A stretch of DNA of 64,000 bases from Octopus sinensis (taxonomy: Eukaryota): assembly GCF_006345805.1 (NCBI RefSeq), contig NC_043003.1:19592001-19656000 (forward strand). Direction: 5' to 3'. Below are positions 35,643 to 47,665 of the stretch, in pieces. The notes below the pieces were generated by a model, which was not told the DNA's origin, made no database searches, and saw only the letters and a list, made by a program, of their open reading frames with translations. The translations under genes and the position numbers were made by a program. Position 1 is the first letter of the stretch. Each line of letters begins with the position of its first letter.

Positions 35643-37448
35643 ATGGAGGAAACCGCATGTAAGAGTGAGGTTCCTAATGAAACAGACACTCATAAGAAAG
35701 ATTTATCTCCTAAGATGCAGATTGAGGCAGTGAAGAAATCACACACTTGCGATGTGTGCTTCAAGCTCTTCAATGACATTGAAAGTTTGACAAATCACAA
35801 ATATATCCACATAGATAAAAAGCCGTACAAGTGTGACACCTGTGATAAAACATTCTCACGGAAAACTAAATTAACTCTCCATGAACTTACACATGTGAGT
35901 GAAAGCCCAAGCTATTGTGATGTCTGTGGCAAAACATTCTTGTCATTAGACAGTTTATGTAATCATAAATGTATCTCGCCAGAGATTAAGGTGTACCATT
36001 GTGATATCTGTGGTAAGAAATTTTCTAAAAGTAAGATGTTAGCTAGCCATAAGTGCACTCACACCGATGAGAAACCATACGAATGTGATATCTGTGGTAA
36101 GGTGTTCTCTAAACTTGTGAGTTTAAATTATCACAAACATATTCACTCAGGAGAGAAACCATTCAAATGTGATAGCTGTAGTAGTGCATTTTCTCGGAAA
36201 GAATACTTGAAACGTCACAGGCGTATTCATACTGGGGAAAAGCCATATGAATGTGACATCTGTGGTAAATCATTCTCTGGTAGTGCAAATCTAACTTGTC
36301 ATAAGCGCAAACATACAGGTGAAAAACCATACGAGTGTAATATCTGTGGTAAAACATTCTCGACAACTGGAAATTTATCTTGCCATAAACGTATTCATTC
36401 GGATAAGAAGCCATACAAGTGTGATATCTGTGGTAAAGCATTCTCTCAAAGTGGACACTTAACTAATCATCAAACTGTTCACACAGGTGAGAAACCATTC
36501 AGCTGTGATTTCTGCGGTAAAACATTTTCAATTACTGGAGATTTAACTCGTCACAGACGCATTCACACTGTTGAGAGACCTTTCCCGTGTGATGTCTGTG
36601 ATAAAAAGTTCACAACCAATGAACATTTAGCTTCTCATAAACTTATTCACTCAGAGAAATCTCATGAGTGTGATGTCTGTAGTAAGATATTCTCAAGGAA
36701 AAGATATTTAATTAGGCACAAACGTATCCACAATAAGAAGAAACCTTACAACTGTGATATCTGTGGTAAATCATTCCCTATCCATGCAGATTTTGCTATT
36801 CACAAGCATGTTCACACTGGTCAGAAATTGCACAAGTGTGATATCTGTAATAAAGTATTTGCGCAGAAGAGGTATTTACTTAGGCACAGACGTACTCATA
36901 AAGGTGAGGAGTCTTACCAAAGTAATGATGTCTCTGGTGAAAAATTAACTGAAACTGAAAATTCAACACCTCTTAATAAAGATACTCCCACAGACAACTC
37001 AAACCAGTGTGATGTCTGTGGTAAAGTATTTGCACTGAAGAGATATTTAATTAGGCACAAACACATTCACACAAAGGATTACCATTGTGACATATGTGGT
37101 AAAACATTCTCTCGAAATTACTATTTGGTGCTTCATAAACGTACTCACAATGGAGAAAAACCATATTCTTGTGATATTTGTGGTAAGACATTCTCTACAA
37201 GTAACATTTTAACAGAGCATAAATGTATTCACGCAAATGAACAACCATACCAAAATGATGTCTATTGTAACCAATTCTCACATAACAATACTATAGATAC
37301 CCACCATCAGAAAAGTAAAGAATTCTTTAGTGCACCACAAAGCCTGGAAGCTCCCATGCCTCCCAAACTGCAGCAGAGTCATTTGGTTCCTTGCCAAGAG
37401 AATTCATGGAATCCTCCACCTCACCAATATACAACACACCCGCTGTAA
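35643..37448 (+). CDS. C2H2 zinc-finger protein ZNF-B (601 aa; 17 fingers, one lacking the last His, plus 2 degenerate units and a non-finger C-tail)
   Basis: Uninterrupted ORF with TGEKPY linkers; clear paralogue of ZNF-A (fingers 6-10 nearly identical in their recognition helices). Confidence 0.95.
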   Translation: MEETACKSEVPNETDTHKKDLSPKMQIEAVKKSHTCDVCFKLFNDIESLTNHKYIHIDKKPYKCDTCDKTFSRKTKLTLHELTHVSESPSYCDVCGKTFLSLDSLCNHKCISPEIKVYHCDICGKKFSKSKMLASHKCTHTDEKPYECDICGKVFSKLVSLNYHKHIHSGEKPFKCDSCSSAFSRKEYLKRHRRIHTGEKPYECDICGKSFSGSANLTCHKRKHTGEKPYECNICGKTFSTTGNLSCHKRIHSDKKPYKCDICGKAFSQSGHLTNHQTVHTGEKPFSCDFCGKTFSITGDLTRHRRIHTVERPFPCDVCDKKFTTNEHLASHKLIHSEKSHECDVCSKIFSRKRYLIRHKRIHNKKKPYNCDICGKSFPIHADFAIHKHVHTGQKLHKCDICNKVFAQKRYLLRHRRTHKGEESYQSNDVSGEKLTETENSTPLNKDTPTDNSNQCDVCGKVFALKRYLIRHKHIHTKDYHCDICGKTFSRNYYLVLHKRTHNGEKPYSCDICGKTFSTSNILTEHKCIHANEQPYQNDVYCNQFSHNNTIDTHHQKSKEFFSAPQSLEAPMPPKLQQSHLVPCQENSWNPPPHQYTTHPL

Positions 37449-37661
37449 AAACTTCTACATTTGTTGTGTGTATCATTTCAAGTTCTACACTGACCTCAAC
37501 AAATCTCCTTCATGATGCCTCCTATTTCACCACCACAAATACAACCGTTTTAAAAAGAAACACTTGTGCAGATGAATCCAGCCATCATTCTTGAAATTTC
37601 TCCATGTAGCAACATCCATGTTCAAACTAAACACCTCACATCGGGATTCATGAAAGCATCA

Positions 37662-37890
37662 TTAACCCTTTCGTTACCAACCTGGCTGCAACCGGCTCTG
37701 GCTCTGTTGTACAAATGTTTTGTTTTCATAAGTTTTGAATTAAAATCTTCTACCAAACCTTAGTCACAATTTGTATTCCTATGATGAGCTGAATGATAAC
37801 TAAGTTATTTTACTAAATTTTTTGTTATATTTAAAGTAATTGAAAGAAACACAGAGCATCTCAAAATAAATACAGTAATGAAAGGGTTAA
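37662..37890. mobile_element. TTAA-flanked MITE (reverse orientation of 22798-23030)
   Basis: ttaaccctttcgttacc / gtaatgaaagggttaa. Confidence 0.88.
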
Positions 37891-38349
37891 CAGGAAATAT
37901 ACTGCAACATGGTGTCTTTTATCAGCACAAAGAAATAAATCAGTAAAAGTCTTGAACTTCATCTTCACTGATCTTGACCAACAGACAACTGGAAGCCTTA
38001 AAGTCCCCCAAAAATACAAGGCATCTCAGTTTTGAGTGATTTCTCATGGCAATCTCTTGCACTAAAATACTTCACCTAATTTACTGCCTGGATCTGCAGC
38101 CTACTGTGGGCATAAAGATACTTGGAGTGAGACCCAACTAATTTCTAAAAATCACTGGTTCACAGCCTCTTCATTTAGATTTAATGACAATAAGTATCCA
38201 GAATTAATCATCAAGTGGTGTAGATATGACAAAAAATGCAAACTCAGATTTGCATAGTCATGAGGACACAATATAAACTCTAAAAATGCTTGACCTGAAG
38301 TCATTTCAGAAGGTGACCAAATGTATTTTTGAGGGAATGAACTTTGCTC

Positions 38350-38700
38350 TGTAGCGTGTGCATAATTTTTTCTTATACCATTGTGATATCTATGGTAAAA
38401 CATTCGTGTGGAACAGGCATTTTATTTGGCTCCTTAGCATAACCATGCAGTCGATTAAATTATATATTTATACTGTGATAAAATGCAGTATAAAATTCTC
38501 ACTGACCAATACATTAACGCTTTGTAAACATACTTGTAGAGGTCATATTTTTCTGGTAAAATATTCACTAGTAACTGTCTTTTTTTAAATTTTTAACTAA
38601 TCTCAAATATATTAACCCCAGTGGTGAAACTACTGTTGTCATAACTGGAGATCATTGCATGATGAGAAAGAAACTGTTGCATCATAATAATATATAATAA
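38350..38700 (+). pseudogene. Relic zinc-finger repeats downstream of ZNF-B
   Basis: taccattgtgatatctatggtaaaacattc and further decayed finger-like segments. Confidence 0.6.
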
Positions 38701-40204
38701 TAGGGTGCCTATAGATGTTTTATATCAGAATTTATAGTAAATCTTGGGGGAAATGGATGAAGTAGTATATTGTGTTATTGTGACATTTTGATAGAATGAT
38801 GTTAGAGAATGTCCTTTGTATCACATGTATGTGAGATATATTTCCCTGGTGTCTATCCATCATATATAATATGCATTTCCAATTTTTTCAACTACCACAG
38901 TAAAAATGGTTTAATGAAAAATCTGAAAACTAGCTTGGACATTTAGGACAGACCCACAGAAATGATTTGGACAGGTGAAAAGTTTTTTTAAAAAAACCCC
39001 AAAAAAAGAAACATTTTACTATTCTTAACATGCAAAATATTCTGTTTTGTCATTAGCAGATTTTACTTATGGTTCAGGTCTAACAAATAGTATAAAATAA
39101 TATATATTGAAATGTAATTTCATAAATATGATTTATTCCTTTGGAAGTATTTCCATATTATATTCTTCCACTAGATTTTTAAATTTTTGCCTCTAAATTG
39201 AAAGTAGGTTAAGGATATTTTTGTATCTTTTATTCCAGAACCCTCCACAAACTGAATGTAAACTGCTGTTTTAAACATAGCCATTTGCTTGGTGAATTCT
39301 TAAATGATATAAATTTTGTATGTAATTTGCAATTGTATTTGATATAAATGTATGAATTTGTCTGTAAATTGATGCTATTTGAAAAATGCATTGTTTGCAA
39401 TTCAAATTTTACTTTGGATTAACTTTAATAATAATTAGTCTTGTATGAACGTTGTTAATTGTCACTCACAGCAGACAATAAATGTATATTTTGAAAAATG
39501 AATTGTTTTTTCATGTAACATTTTGTTCTTCAAAAGATTGTTTCTCATGGAATATTGTCTATAAAAATATAAAGTGCCAATGAAAATAAATGTATTTATA
39601 TAAAGAAATATGTGAAGTATAAAGAATAAATAAAATATATGAAATTATTTGAAAATACAAGTATGCCCATCTTTGCTTTACTTTGTAAAAAAATTATTTT
39701 CAGTGTTTTTTTTCAATTTTTGTCTTCCTAAAACTTGCAGCCTTTTTCAAGTTTTTCTGTTGTTCAGATCTCAGGGAAGCAGTTAAACAGATAGGAAGAC
39801 TAGGTGCAAGTAAAGTCCTATAAAAGATACAGACTAACTCGGGACATCAGATATGCTAAATGTAGAGGTTTGATTCAAACCTTATTAGTAATGTGAGTAT
39901 TTGATGAAGTATTACATAGTAAGAAAGTAAAGTTATTGACTATGTTGATTGCAATAATGGTTTCTCTTTGAATATGGGTGACAGATATGAAGTTTGTGTA
40001 AGGAATGAAGGACCATGGAATTCGAACCTAAATATTCTTCAGAGATGAGAACTGATCTGTTAAATTTACATCATAATGCATGAGAGGCTGAGTACTAGTG
40101 AAATGAAATTCTACAGACATGACTAATGTCATTAGATATTGATTTCAGATTTTTGGTAGAAGGCCAGCAATTTTTTGCAAGGCAGGGCAACTCAAATTAC
40201 ATCG

Positions 40205-40348
40205 ATCTTGGTGCTCAACTGGTACTTACTTTATTGACCGTGAAAGGCAAAGTTGATCTCAGCAGAATTTGAACTAAGAATGTAAAGACATGAAACACTG
40301 CTAAGCTTTTTGCCAGGCATGCTAACAATTCTGCCAGCTTGCTGCCTT
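40205..40348 (-). mobile_element. Diverged family-A SINE
   Basis: aaggcaaagttgatctcagcagaatttgaact...ctgccagcttgctgcctt. Confidence 0.75.
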
Positions 40349-40489
40349 GATGCCATTAGATATGAGGATTACTTGGTGAAGATGAAGATATGGGGAGTGC
40401 TAGGTGAAAATAAAAAATAAAAAGAGCCAATGCAATGAAGGTTGGAATATCTTTGTTACTTCATATCTGCTGTTAACCGAATATGAATT

Positions 40490-40790
40490 ATCATCATCAT
40501 CATCGGCGGTTCGGCGGGGTCTGGGAAGCCAGGTGGCTGCACCAGGCTCCAGTCTGATCTGGCAGTGTTTCTACAGCTGGATGCCCTTCCTAATGCAACC
40601 ACTCCGTGAGTGTAGTGGGTGCTTTTTACATGGCACAGGTGCCAGGGGCGGCTGGCAACAGCCACGATCGGTTGCTGCTTTTTACATGCCACCAGGCTGG
40701 AAGCCAGTTAAGGCGTCACTGGCATCGGCCACGTTCAGATGGTGCTTTTTATGTGCCACGGGCACAGGTATCACAACTACAATTTCCATT
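40490..40790 (-). mobile_element. Family-C element
   Basis: ctacagctggatgcccttcctaatgc plus tandem gtgctttttacatg units. Confidence 0.85.
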
Positions 40791-41365
40791 TGATTTTTAT
40801 TTTGATGTTGATGTACTTGACTCAATAGGTCTCCTCAAACACAGCAAATCTGTATTATAATGAGTGATTTCACTATCTGGATAAGGAAGAGCTAGATTTG
40901 TTATAAATGTATTAATAACAGTCCATTACTCTTCACTTAAAACATTCACAAAATCAATGCAACTAGACCAGCATTACTTCTCTTACATATGCAAGTGTAT
41001 CATTATTTAAAACAGTTATGAGCAAACTACAGCCCATGGGATTTACTGAATTACCTTGAACTTTTTTTAGCAGTGTGGCTCACCTGATGATGAGCCATGT
41101 CTCATGTGGCCTGCTTCTTATTTAACCCTTTGCTTAGTGGCATTTCTTCTGGCTCTTTGTATTCTGAGTTCAAATTCCACTGAGGTCAACTTTGCCTTTC
41201 ATCCTTTTGGAGCAGATAAATTAAGCACCAGTTGAGTACTGGAGGCAGTACTAACCCCGCCCATCAAAATTAGTATTGGAGTCAGTACTAACCCTGCCCA
41301 GCAAAATTACTGGCCTTGTGCTAGAATTTGGAAGGTAGAAAGGACTAACCCAGATTACATACATA

Positions 41366-41932
41366 CAAGGGCCTGCTGGAAAGTTCCTGGTTTTGGGTAA
41401 AAGAAAATACAGGAGGGTCAGTTAATTATGATTTTATATAACATGCGTCACCTTACTAGCAGATCGTTACCGTGTCGCCTTACTAGCGCTTGTGCTGGTG
41501 GCACATGAAACATTTGAGCGAGGTCGTCGCCAGTGCCGCTGGACTGGCTCCTGTGCAGGTGGCACATAAAAAGCACTATTTGGGCGTGGCCGTTGCCAGG
41601 ACCACTAAACCGGCCCTCGTGCTGGTGGCACGTAAAAGCACCCACTACACTCTCGGAGTGGTTGGCGTTAGGAAGGGCATCCAGCTGAAGAAACTCTGCC
41701 AGATCAGATTGAAGTCTGGTTCGCCGGACCTCAGTCAAACTGTCAAACCCATGCTAGCATGGAAAGCGGACGTTAAATGATGATGATGATGATGATTTCC
41801 CTCGCAGGTTCACACACTTATTGCAGCAGTCCTTCAGCTTTTGAAAGCCCTGTAAAAGAACTCAGAAGGTTGGGCCTCCAACCAGGCCTTTTGCGATAAT
41901 ATTAAAGCAAGGAACTTTTCAGCGCCCCCTCG
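41366..41932. mobile_element. Mariner-like MITE split by a family-C insertion
   Basis: ta|caagggcctgctggaaagttcctgg ... caaggaacttttcagcgccccctcg|ta. Confidence 0.8.
41446..41795 (+). mobile_element. Family-C element inserted in a mariner-like MITE
   Basis: Tandem gtggcacRtaaaagcac units, conserved core, (ATG)n tail. Confidence 0.88.
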
Positions 41933-42412
41933 TACATACATACGCTCATACATGCATGCATGCTACATACTTATTTGTGTTCTATTACCCTATAGATCAC
42001 AACTACTGTTAATCTTACCTGAAGAAGAAGTGCTAGCTCAAATTTTCACACACTGAAATAACTCCCCCTCTGAAAATCAATGATAGGTGTTAAAGACTGT
42101 CGCAAACACGACTAGATCCTTCTCTTCGAGTCTCTCTCCTACATAACTACTAGCAGTATTCCTTTAGAGTCACATGTACCGGAAACGTACTTCATCTTGC
42201 ATTCGTGGTCTTCCACTCTTGAGAAATTCAGAAAAAGCAATTTTGCTGTTATTGATAACAAGCAAAGTCCTTGGTGTAAATTTTCTCCTCCAAGACCTGA
42301 TTCTCAAGGTGGGTGTGTAAGTAAGTAACAAGTGAATAAACTGCAATAAAGTTTAATTAAAACTTTTGAATATATATATACATACACACATATTTACAAT
42401 AAATTATATATT

Positions 42413-42734
42413 TTACTGAGACCTCTTTCGGTCATGACTGACCGTGGGATTGCACCTAGAAAGTTACCCTCCCAGGCACAAATCTGGGCAAGGTTGTTTA
42501 TGGAAGACCAGCAGCTGCCCATGCATACCGGCCTCTCCTCTCCACCAGTGTTATCCAAGGGAAAGGCAACGGCTGATACAGCTTGGCACCTGTGACGTCG
42601 CAACTCATTTCTACAGCTGAGTGAACTGGAGCAACATGAAATAAAGTGTCTTGCTCAAGAACACAACACGCAGCCCGGTCCGGGATTCGAACTCACAACC
42701 TCGCGATCGTAACTACTGAGTCATGCGCCTTCAC
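42413..42734 (-). mobile_element. CORE-like tRNA-derived SINE (family D) with 12-bp TSD
   Basis: Minus strand: ggcgcatgactcagtag...gtgagttcgaatccc (B-box)...gtgttcttgagcaagacact; TSD aaattatatatt at 42401-42412 and 42735-42746. Confidence 0.88.
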
Positions 42735-44814
42735 AAATTATATATTATATACTATACACTCTGGTTGTGATTGCATGCACACAGATGCTTTTGTTTTTGC
42801 TTAACTGTAAGTGGGGCACGGGACAAAAAGATTGAGAAACGCTGTGCTAAATCATTAGATGAAATCAGCTATTACACTAACTGACATTTGATAGTGTTTC
42901 TTGAAGTTCTGTTGTATCATCCACACCTCAGCGAGTTTCTTTTACGTAGATACAAACCAATGCAGGTTATAAAATTTCAACACTTCACTCAACAGTCACC
43001 GTCTCACATTCAGATATAATCTAAATACCTCACACCCGACATGCCCTACATTTGTGAGGAATGACCTTGAAAACAGTATCCGATAAGAACAGGAAAATTC
43101 TACTGACAGTCACTATACATAAGCTAACCTAGCTAGTTTGTGCTACCGGGGGCAGCCCTTCAGTTTGCCGCCCCTGGGCCTCCACAAAAATGCATATTGC
43201 CTATACACACACACACACACACACACACACAGATATGTAGCGGATCTTGCATGCCTGAAGTGGATTCGATCCACCATAGCCAAATTTATATTAACACTGC
43301 TACAGAACTTTTCCCACGGTGGAACAATGGTTTTTCTCTGACAGCAGTTTTTACATTTTCCAGATGCCATTAGCTAGGCCGAAATAATGTCTTTACCTCT
43401 TGACCCTTTCTAACCTCTTCTACTTCACCAAATACTAGAATAGATAACAAGACCACCAACTAAATCTATCTATCTTGGATTTTAATATAAGCAAGCACAT
43501 CCCAAGCAAAAATTAGTTAGTCGCCATCCATTAGTTAGACGAGTCAACCAAGTTTGTCACAGTCGTGACGACTTAACGAAGTCTGGCTAACCACAACATT
43601 TCATGATATTCGTTACAAAATAATTTCTTGCCGTTACATATATATATATCAGAGGAGACTCCAGGTCATTAGCGTCACTCGGGTTCATCACAGATTTCGC
43701 ATAAGACACATGTTTAGCGAGGGACGTCGCTAATGAAGATGTCAATACTTTAATGACTGGACTGAGTCATTAATCCAATGGCTGTGAAATGCCTCTGGCG
43801 CAGTAAATAACAACATCACTTGTGTCCGTGCGTGAACAACTTCGTATCCAAAGTTTTATTCAGATGCGTAACAAACGAATTCATACTGTGAGTACACAAT
43901 GTTAAATAAAGTTATCTGGGATTGAAGTAAAAGGTTCTGAACTTCTTGCCATGTTCCACGATAACAGTGAAAAAATAGGAGGAATTCAAACTACAAAAAT
44001 TACTTTCAGACAGCACTAGGCGTAGAATACCATAGCGAGTTGCTGGTAGGAAAGAATATCGAATCCGTGTGCTTGACTCTCTCTCCGATTTTGACCTAGT
44101 CGCGTCTTAGAGAAAAAGGGAAATTCAATTGGAATTCGCTCTTTAGTAGGCGATGTTGCTTCTAATGCCCTCCTGTGTGTGGTTTAGCAGTTACGCCTTG
44201 TATGCTAGCAATAGGACAATTCTATATTATTTAAGTCCCAACCGAAGCAAGGCTCGATAACCTCACTACCTCCTCCTAGTAAAAAAAAAAAAAAATTGTG
44301 GAGAGGTCTCTAATAAACTAGCAAAGGGGGAGCTAATCAATGTTTGTTTGGAATGTTTCACAGGGAAGATAACTGTAGTTGATACCCAAGAAATATTTTG
44401 CGGGCTCCGAACTTGTTTCAGATAGCGTTGCCTACATTACCTTCCCTCAGAACGAAAGGAATGAAAAGGCAGAGTCGGCAAAGAGTCAAGCTGTAGGCAA
44501 AGAAACAGGTCATTGTCCGAGCTACATAAGGAGGAGCATGGACACAAAGAGCGTGGAAAAGGGATAAATTATGGAAAGGGCAATATGTAAACAATGCATG
44601 CAAATACAAGATTATGCGAATAAAGGAATAGAAACATGTAAAAAAAAAACGCATGTCATAGAATGAATGAAATACATGTAATAAGATGTGCAAAAAGAAA
44701 ATGCAGCAAAACAGTTTGTTAAACTGTACAGTTTGTTCAAAACAGGTTGAGTATCAACAAGCACAGTTTATGTCAATACGAAAAGGTGATTAAACATAAA
44801 TAGTTTTGGACAGT

Positions 44815-47220
44815 TTATGTGGCTGAGTTACCGTTCTGCAACTTCGTGCAACATAAGGTGGAGTTGAATGCGATGCTTGCGAATGTTGTTTGGAAGCCTG
44901 TAAGGATGTTTGAGATTGAAAGAGAAGTTGTTGGTGGTGGGGTGAGTGTGACAGGTGTGTCAAGTAATGGAATGAGATTTTCAGAGAAAGCCTTCTTTAC
45001 TCTATCAATAGATATAATCTCTTTCCGACCGTTAATGCCCACGGTGAAAAGTTTTGGTGCGTGTGAATCACACGGAAAGGGCCTGAGTAGGGTGGTGTAA
45101 GGGGTCCTTTCACGGCACCATTCTGCAAAAAAACCCCCAAAAAACAAAACATGTGTCCATGTAGAAATATCCGCTGGAACAACAGAAGAAATAGACTGAT
45201 CACGAGGTGCCATGGGTGGCAGATCCGAGAAGTAAGAACGAAGTCTGGTAATGTACGACGCAGGATCCGGATGCGGTGAGTCGATTGGTACCAACATTTG
45301 ACCAGGAAGCGCCAAAGTGGTACCATACAAGTATTCGGCTGACGAGTAGCCCAAATCCGCCTTAACAGCAGACCAGCAATCTAAGAGAACGATAGGAAGA
45401 AATTCGATCCATCGTTGTGGATTTGGAGTAGCGCGAAGTGCAGCCTTTAACTGCCTATGCAATCTTTCCACCATTTTATTCGAGGCTGATTGGTAACTAG
45501 TCGTATGGATGCGTTGTACACCCAGTAGCCGTGAGAATTCACGGAAAAAGGGAGCTTCGAATTGGCGTCCACGGTCAGAGGTAATCCTGGAGGCGCCAAA
45601 GCGAGTAATCCAACCTGAGATGAGAGCTCGAATCACAGACTCAGTAGTAATATCTACCAGTGGTATGGCTTCTGGCCATCGGGAGAACCGATCAATACAG
45701 GTCAAAATGTACGTGAAACCGGAACTGACGGGCCAAGGACCAACGAGATCAATATGAATGTGTCGGAAACGAGTGTCCAGCGGACTGAATGTCCCAGTGG
45801 AGCACGAACGTACTTATGCATCTTGAAACCCTAACATTGCATACAAGAACGCGCCCAAGCAGTGATTGTACGACGCATATTAGGCCAGCAGAATCGGGCC
45901 GTTATAAGCTTCACCGTGACAGCAATGCCTGGGTGTTACAACGAATGCAGAGCGTCGAAGATGGTGCGGCGATGACGATCAGGAATGAGCGGTCTGGATG
46001 AACCAGTGGAAATATCGCACAGGATGTTCCCCTCAGCGGACGGAAGTGGTAGGTACTCAAGCTTGCAGCAGGAAAACTGAGCAGAAGAAATATCGAGCGA
46101 ATCCAAGGAAGGCTGATCTGAAACAATGACGACCAGATCAATCGTAGCAGGAGACGAAAGGGAACACAGAGGAAGCCTAGACAAAGCATCACCAGGTATA
46201 TTGGCAGATCCAGCAATATGGCGTATGTCACTGGTGAACTGAGAAATGAGCTCCAAGTGTCTGTATGCCCTCGGTGAGTAACTCTCCGACCTGGATTGTA
46301 GGGCGAACGTGAGCGGTTTATGGTCCATGAATATCTTTCAACCTTCAAGAAAGTGGTGGAAGTGCCTCACAGCAAGATAAACAGCTAACAGCTCTCTATC
46401 GAAAGTGCTTTACCGTTGTTCGACTGGTTTCAGCTGGCGTGAGAAAAATGCTAGTGGTTGATTGTCTGTTGTAATACAGCACCAATTTGAGTACAATTTG
46501 AGGCATCAGCGGTTAAGAATAGTTCTGCATTCGCTATAGGATGAACGAGCAAGGAAACTTGAGCAAGGAAACTTGAGCAAGATCAGATCTGATGGGTTCA
46601 AAAGACTGCAAGAAAGAGAAATAGGAGAATCTTTCTTTCTCTTGTCCTTCAAAAGTTGACTTAAGAGAAACAACTTATCCTCACAGGTAGGAATGAAGCG
46701 ATGATAGAAGTTGATCAACCCTAGGAAATGGCGTAACTGTTTCAATGAGGTGGTGAGGGGTGAAAGTCACTGAATCGCTTCCACCTTTGTACGACATTGT
46801 ACGACTGGAGGCGCTGGAACAACTGAGATAGGTATTGCTGATGATGTTCAACTGTGTCACTGGCTATGAGGAGGTCGTCCACATAAGCAAAAACGAAATC
46901 CATCCCACGAACGACTTCACCAATAAACCACTGGAAAGTACTGGCGGCATTGCGCAGTCCAAATGGCATGGATAAGAACTTGAACGAGCTAAATGGAGTG
47001 GTCACGGCTGTTTTCGGGATGTCTGCCGGGTTCACTGGTATTTGGTGGTATGCACGTACCAGGTCAATCTTGGAAAAAACCGTGCATCCATGTAAAGCAG
47101 ATGAAAAATCCTAAAGATGTAGTAAAGAATATCTGTCAGGGGTAACCGGTCGAAAGTTTGCAGTACCTTTTGTTGCCATGTATAAGGGAGACGCCCATGG
47201 GCTCGTTGATGGCCGAATCT
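44815..47220 (-). mobile_element. Decayed Ty3/Gypsy LTR-retrotransposon pol (RT-RNaseH-integrase)
   Basis: SPWASPL; [14 protein letters not shown]; [13 protein letters not shown]; YVDD; LRHFLGLINFY; DHKPL..SPRAYRHL..GSAN.PGDALSR; HPG...CMQC; HIHIDLVGP..DRFSRWPEA..TSDRGRQF..MVERLHRQLK. Stops, frameshifts and deletions present; domain order is Gypsy-type. Confidence 0.95.
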
Positions 47221-47224
47221 TGTC

Positions 47225-47323
47225 GTGCAGCTCCTTCTTGTCTAAGTCGTTCAAAATTCTTTTCTCGATGGAAATACAAGTCAGTGAAGACAGCCGTTCT
47301 TGGGCCATTGTGCTTCTTAGATA
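47225..47323 (-). mobile_element. Fragment of hAT transposase C-terminal dimerisation domain
   Basis: Translates YLRSTMAQERLSSLTCISIEKRILNDLD, matching the hAT hallmark YLRSTMxQERLxxLxxxSIE. Confidence 0.75.
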
Positions 47324-47469
47324 TTATATAAATATATATACATATATATATACATATAAATGTGTGTCTGTGTGTGCGTGTTCGCACGATCTGGGTTCCC
47401 TCTTGAACTCAAAAGGTGAAATTTTTAGGTGCTGCCCTTATGACAAAAAATCGTTTTGGAAGCACATGT

Positions 47470-47665
47470 GCGTGCGCGCCATTGTTCTCACCACTGCTTG
47501 ATAACCGGTGTTGGTTTGTTTGCATCCCCGTAATTTAGTGATTCGTCGAAAGAGACCGATAAAATAAGTACCGGGCTTATAAAACGAGTACTGGGATCGA
47601 TCTTTTTGACCACACCCTTCAAGGCGGTGCACCAGCATGCCCGCAGTTCAACAACAGAAAAAGTA
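47470..47665 (+). mobile_element. 3' half of a family-B SINE
   Basis: ttgcttgataaccggtgttggt...aaggcggtgcaccagcatg. Confidence 0.75.

Noticed and set aside
39470-39640. Clustered AATAAA as the ZNF-B polyadenylation site
   Set aside because: AATAAA is frequent at this AT content; needs 3'-end data.
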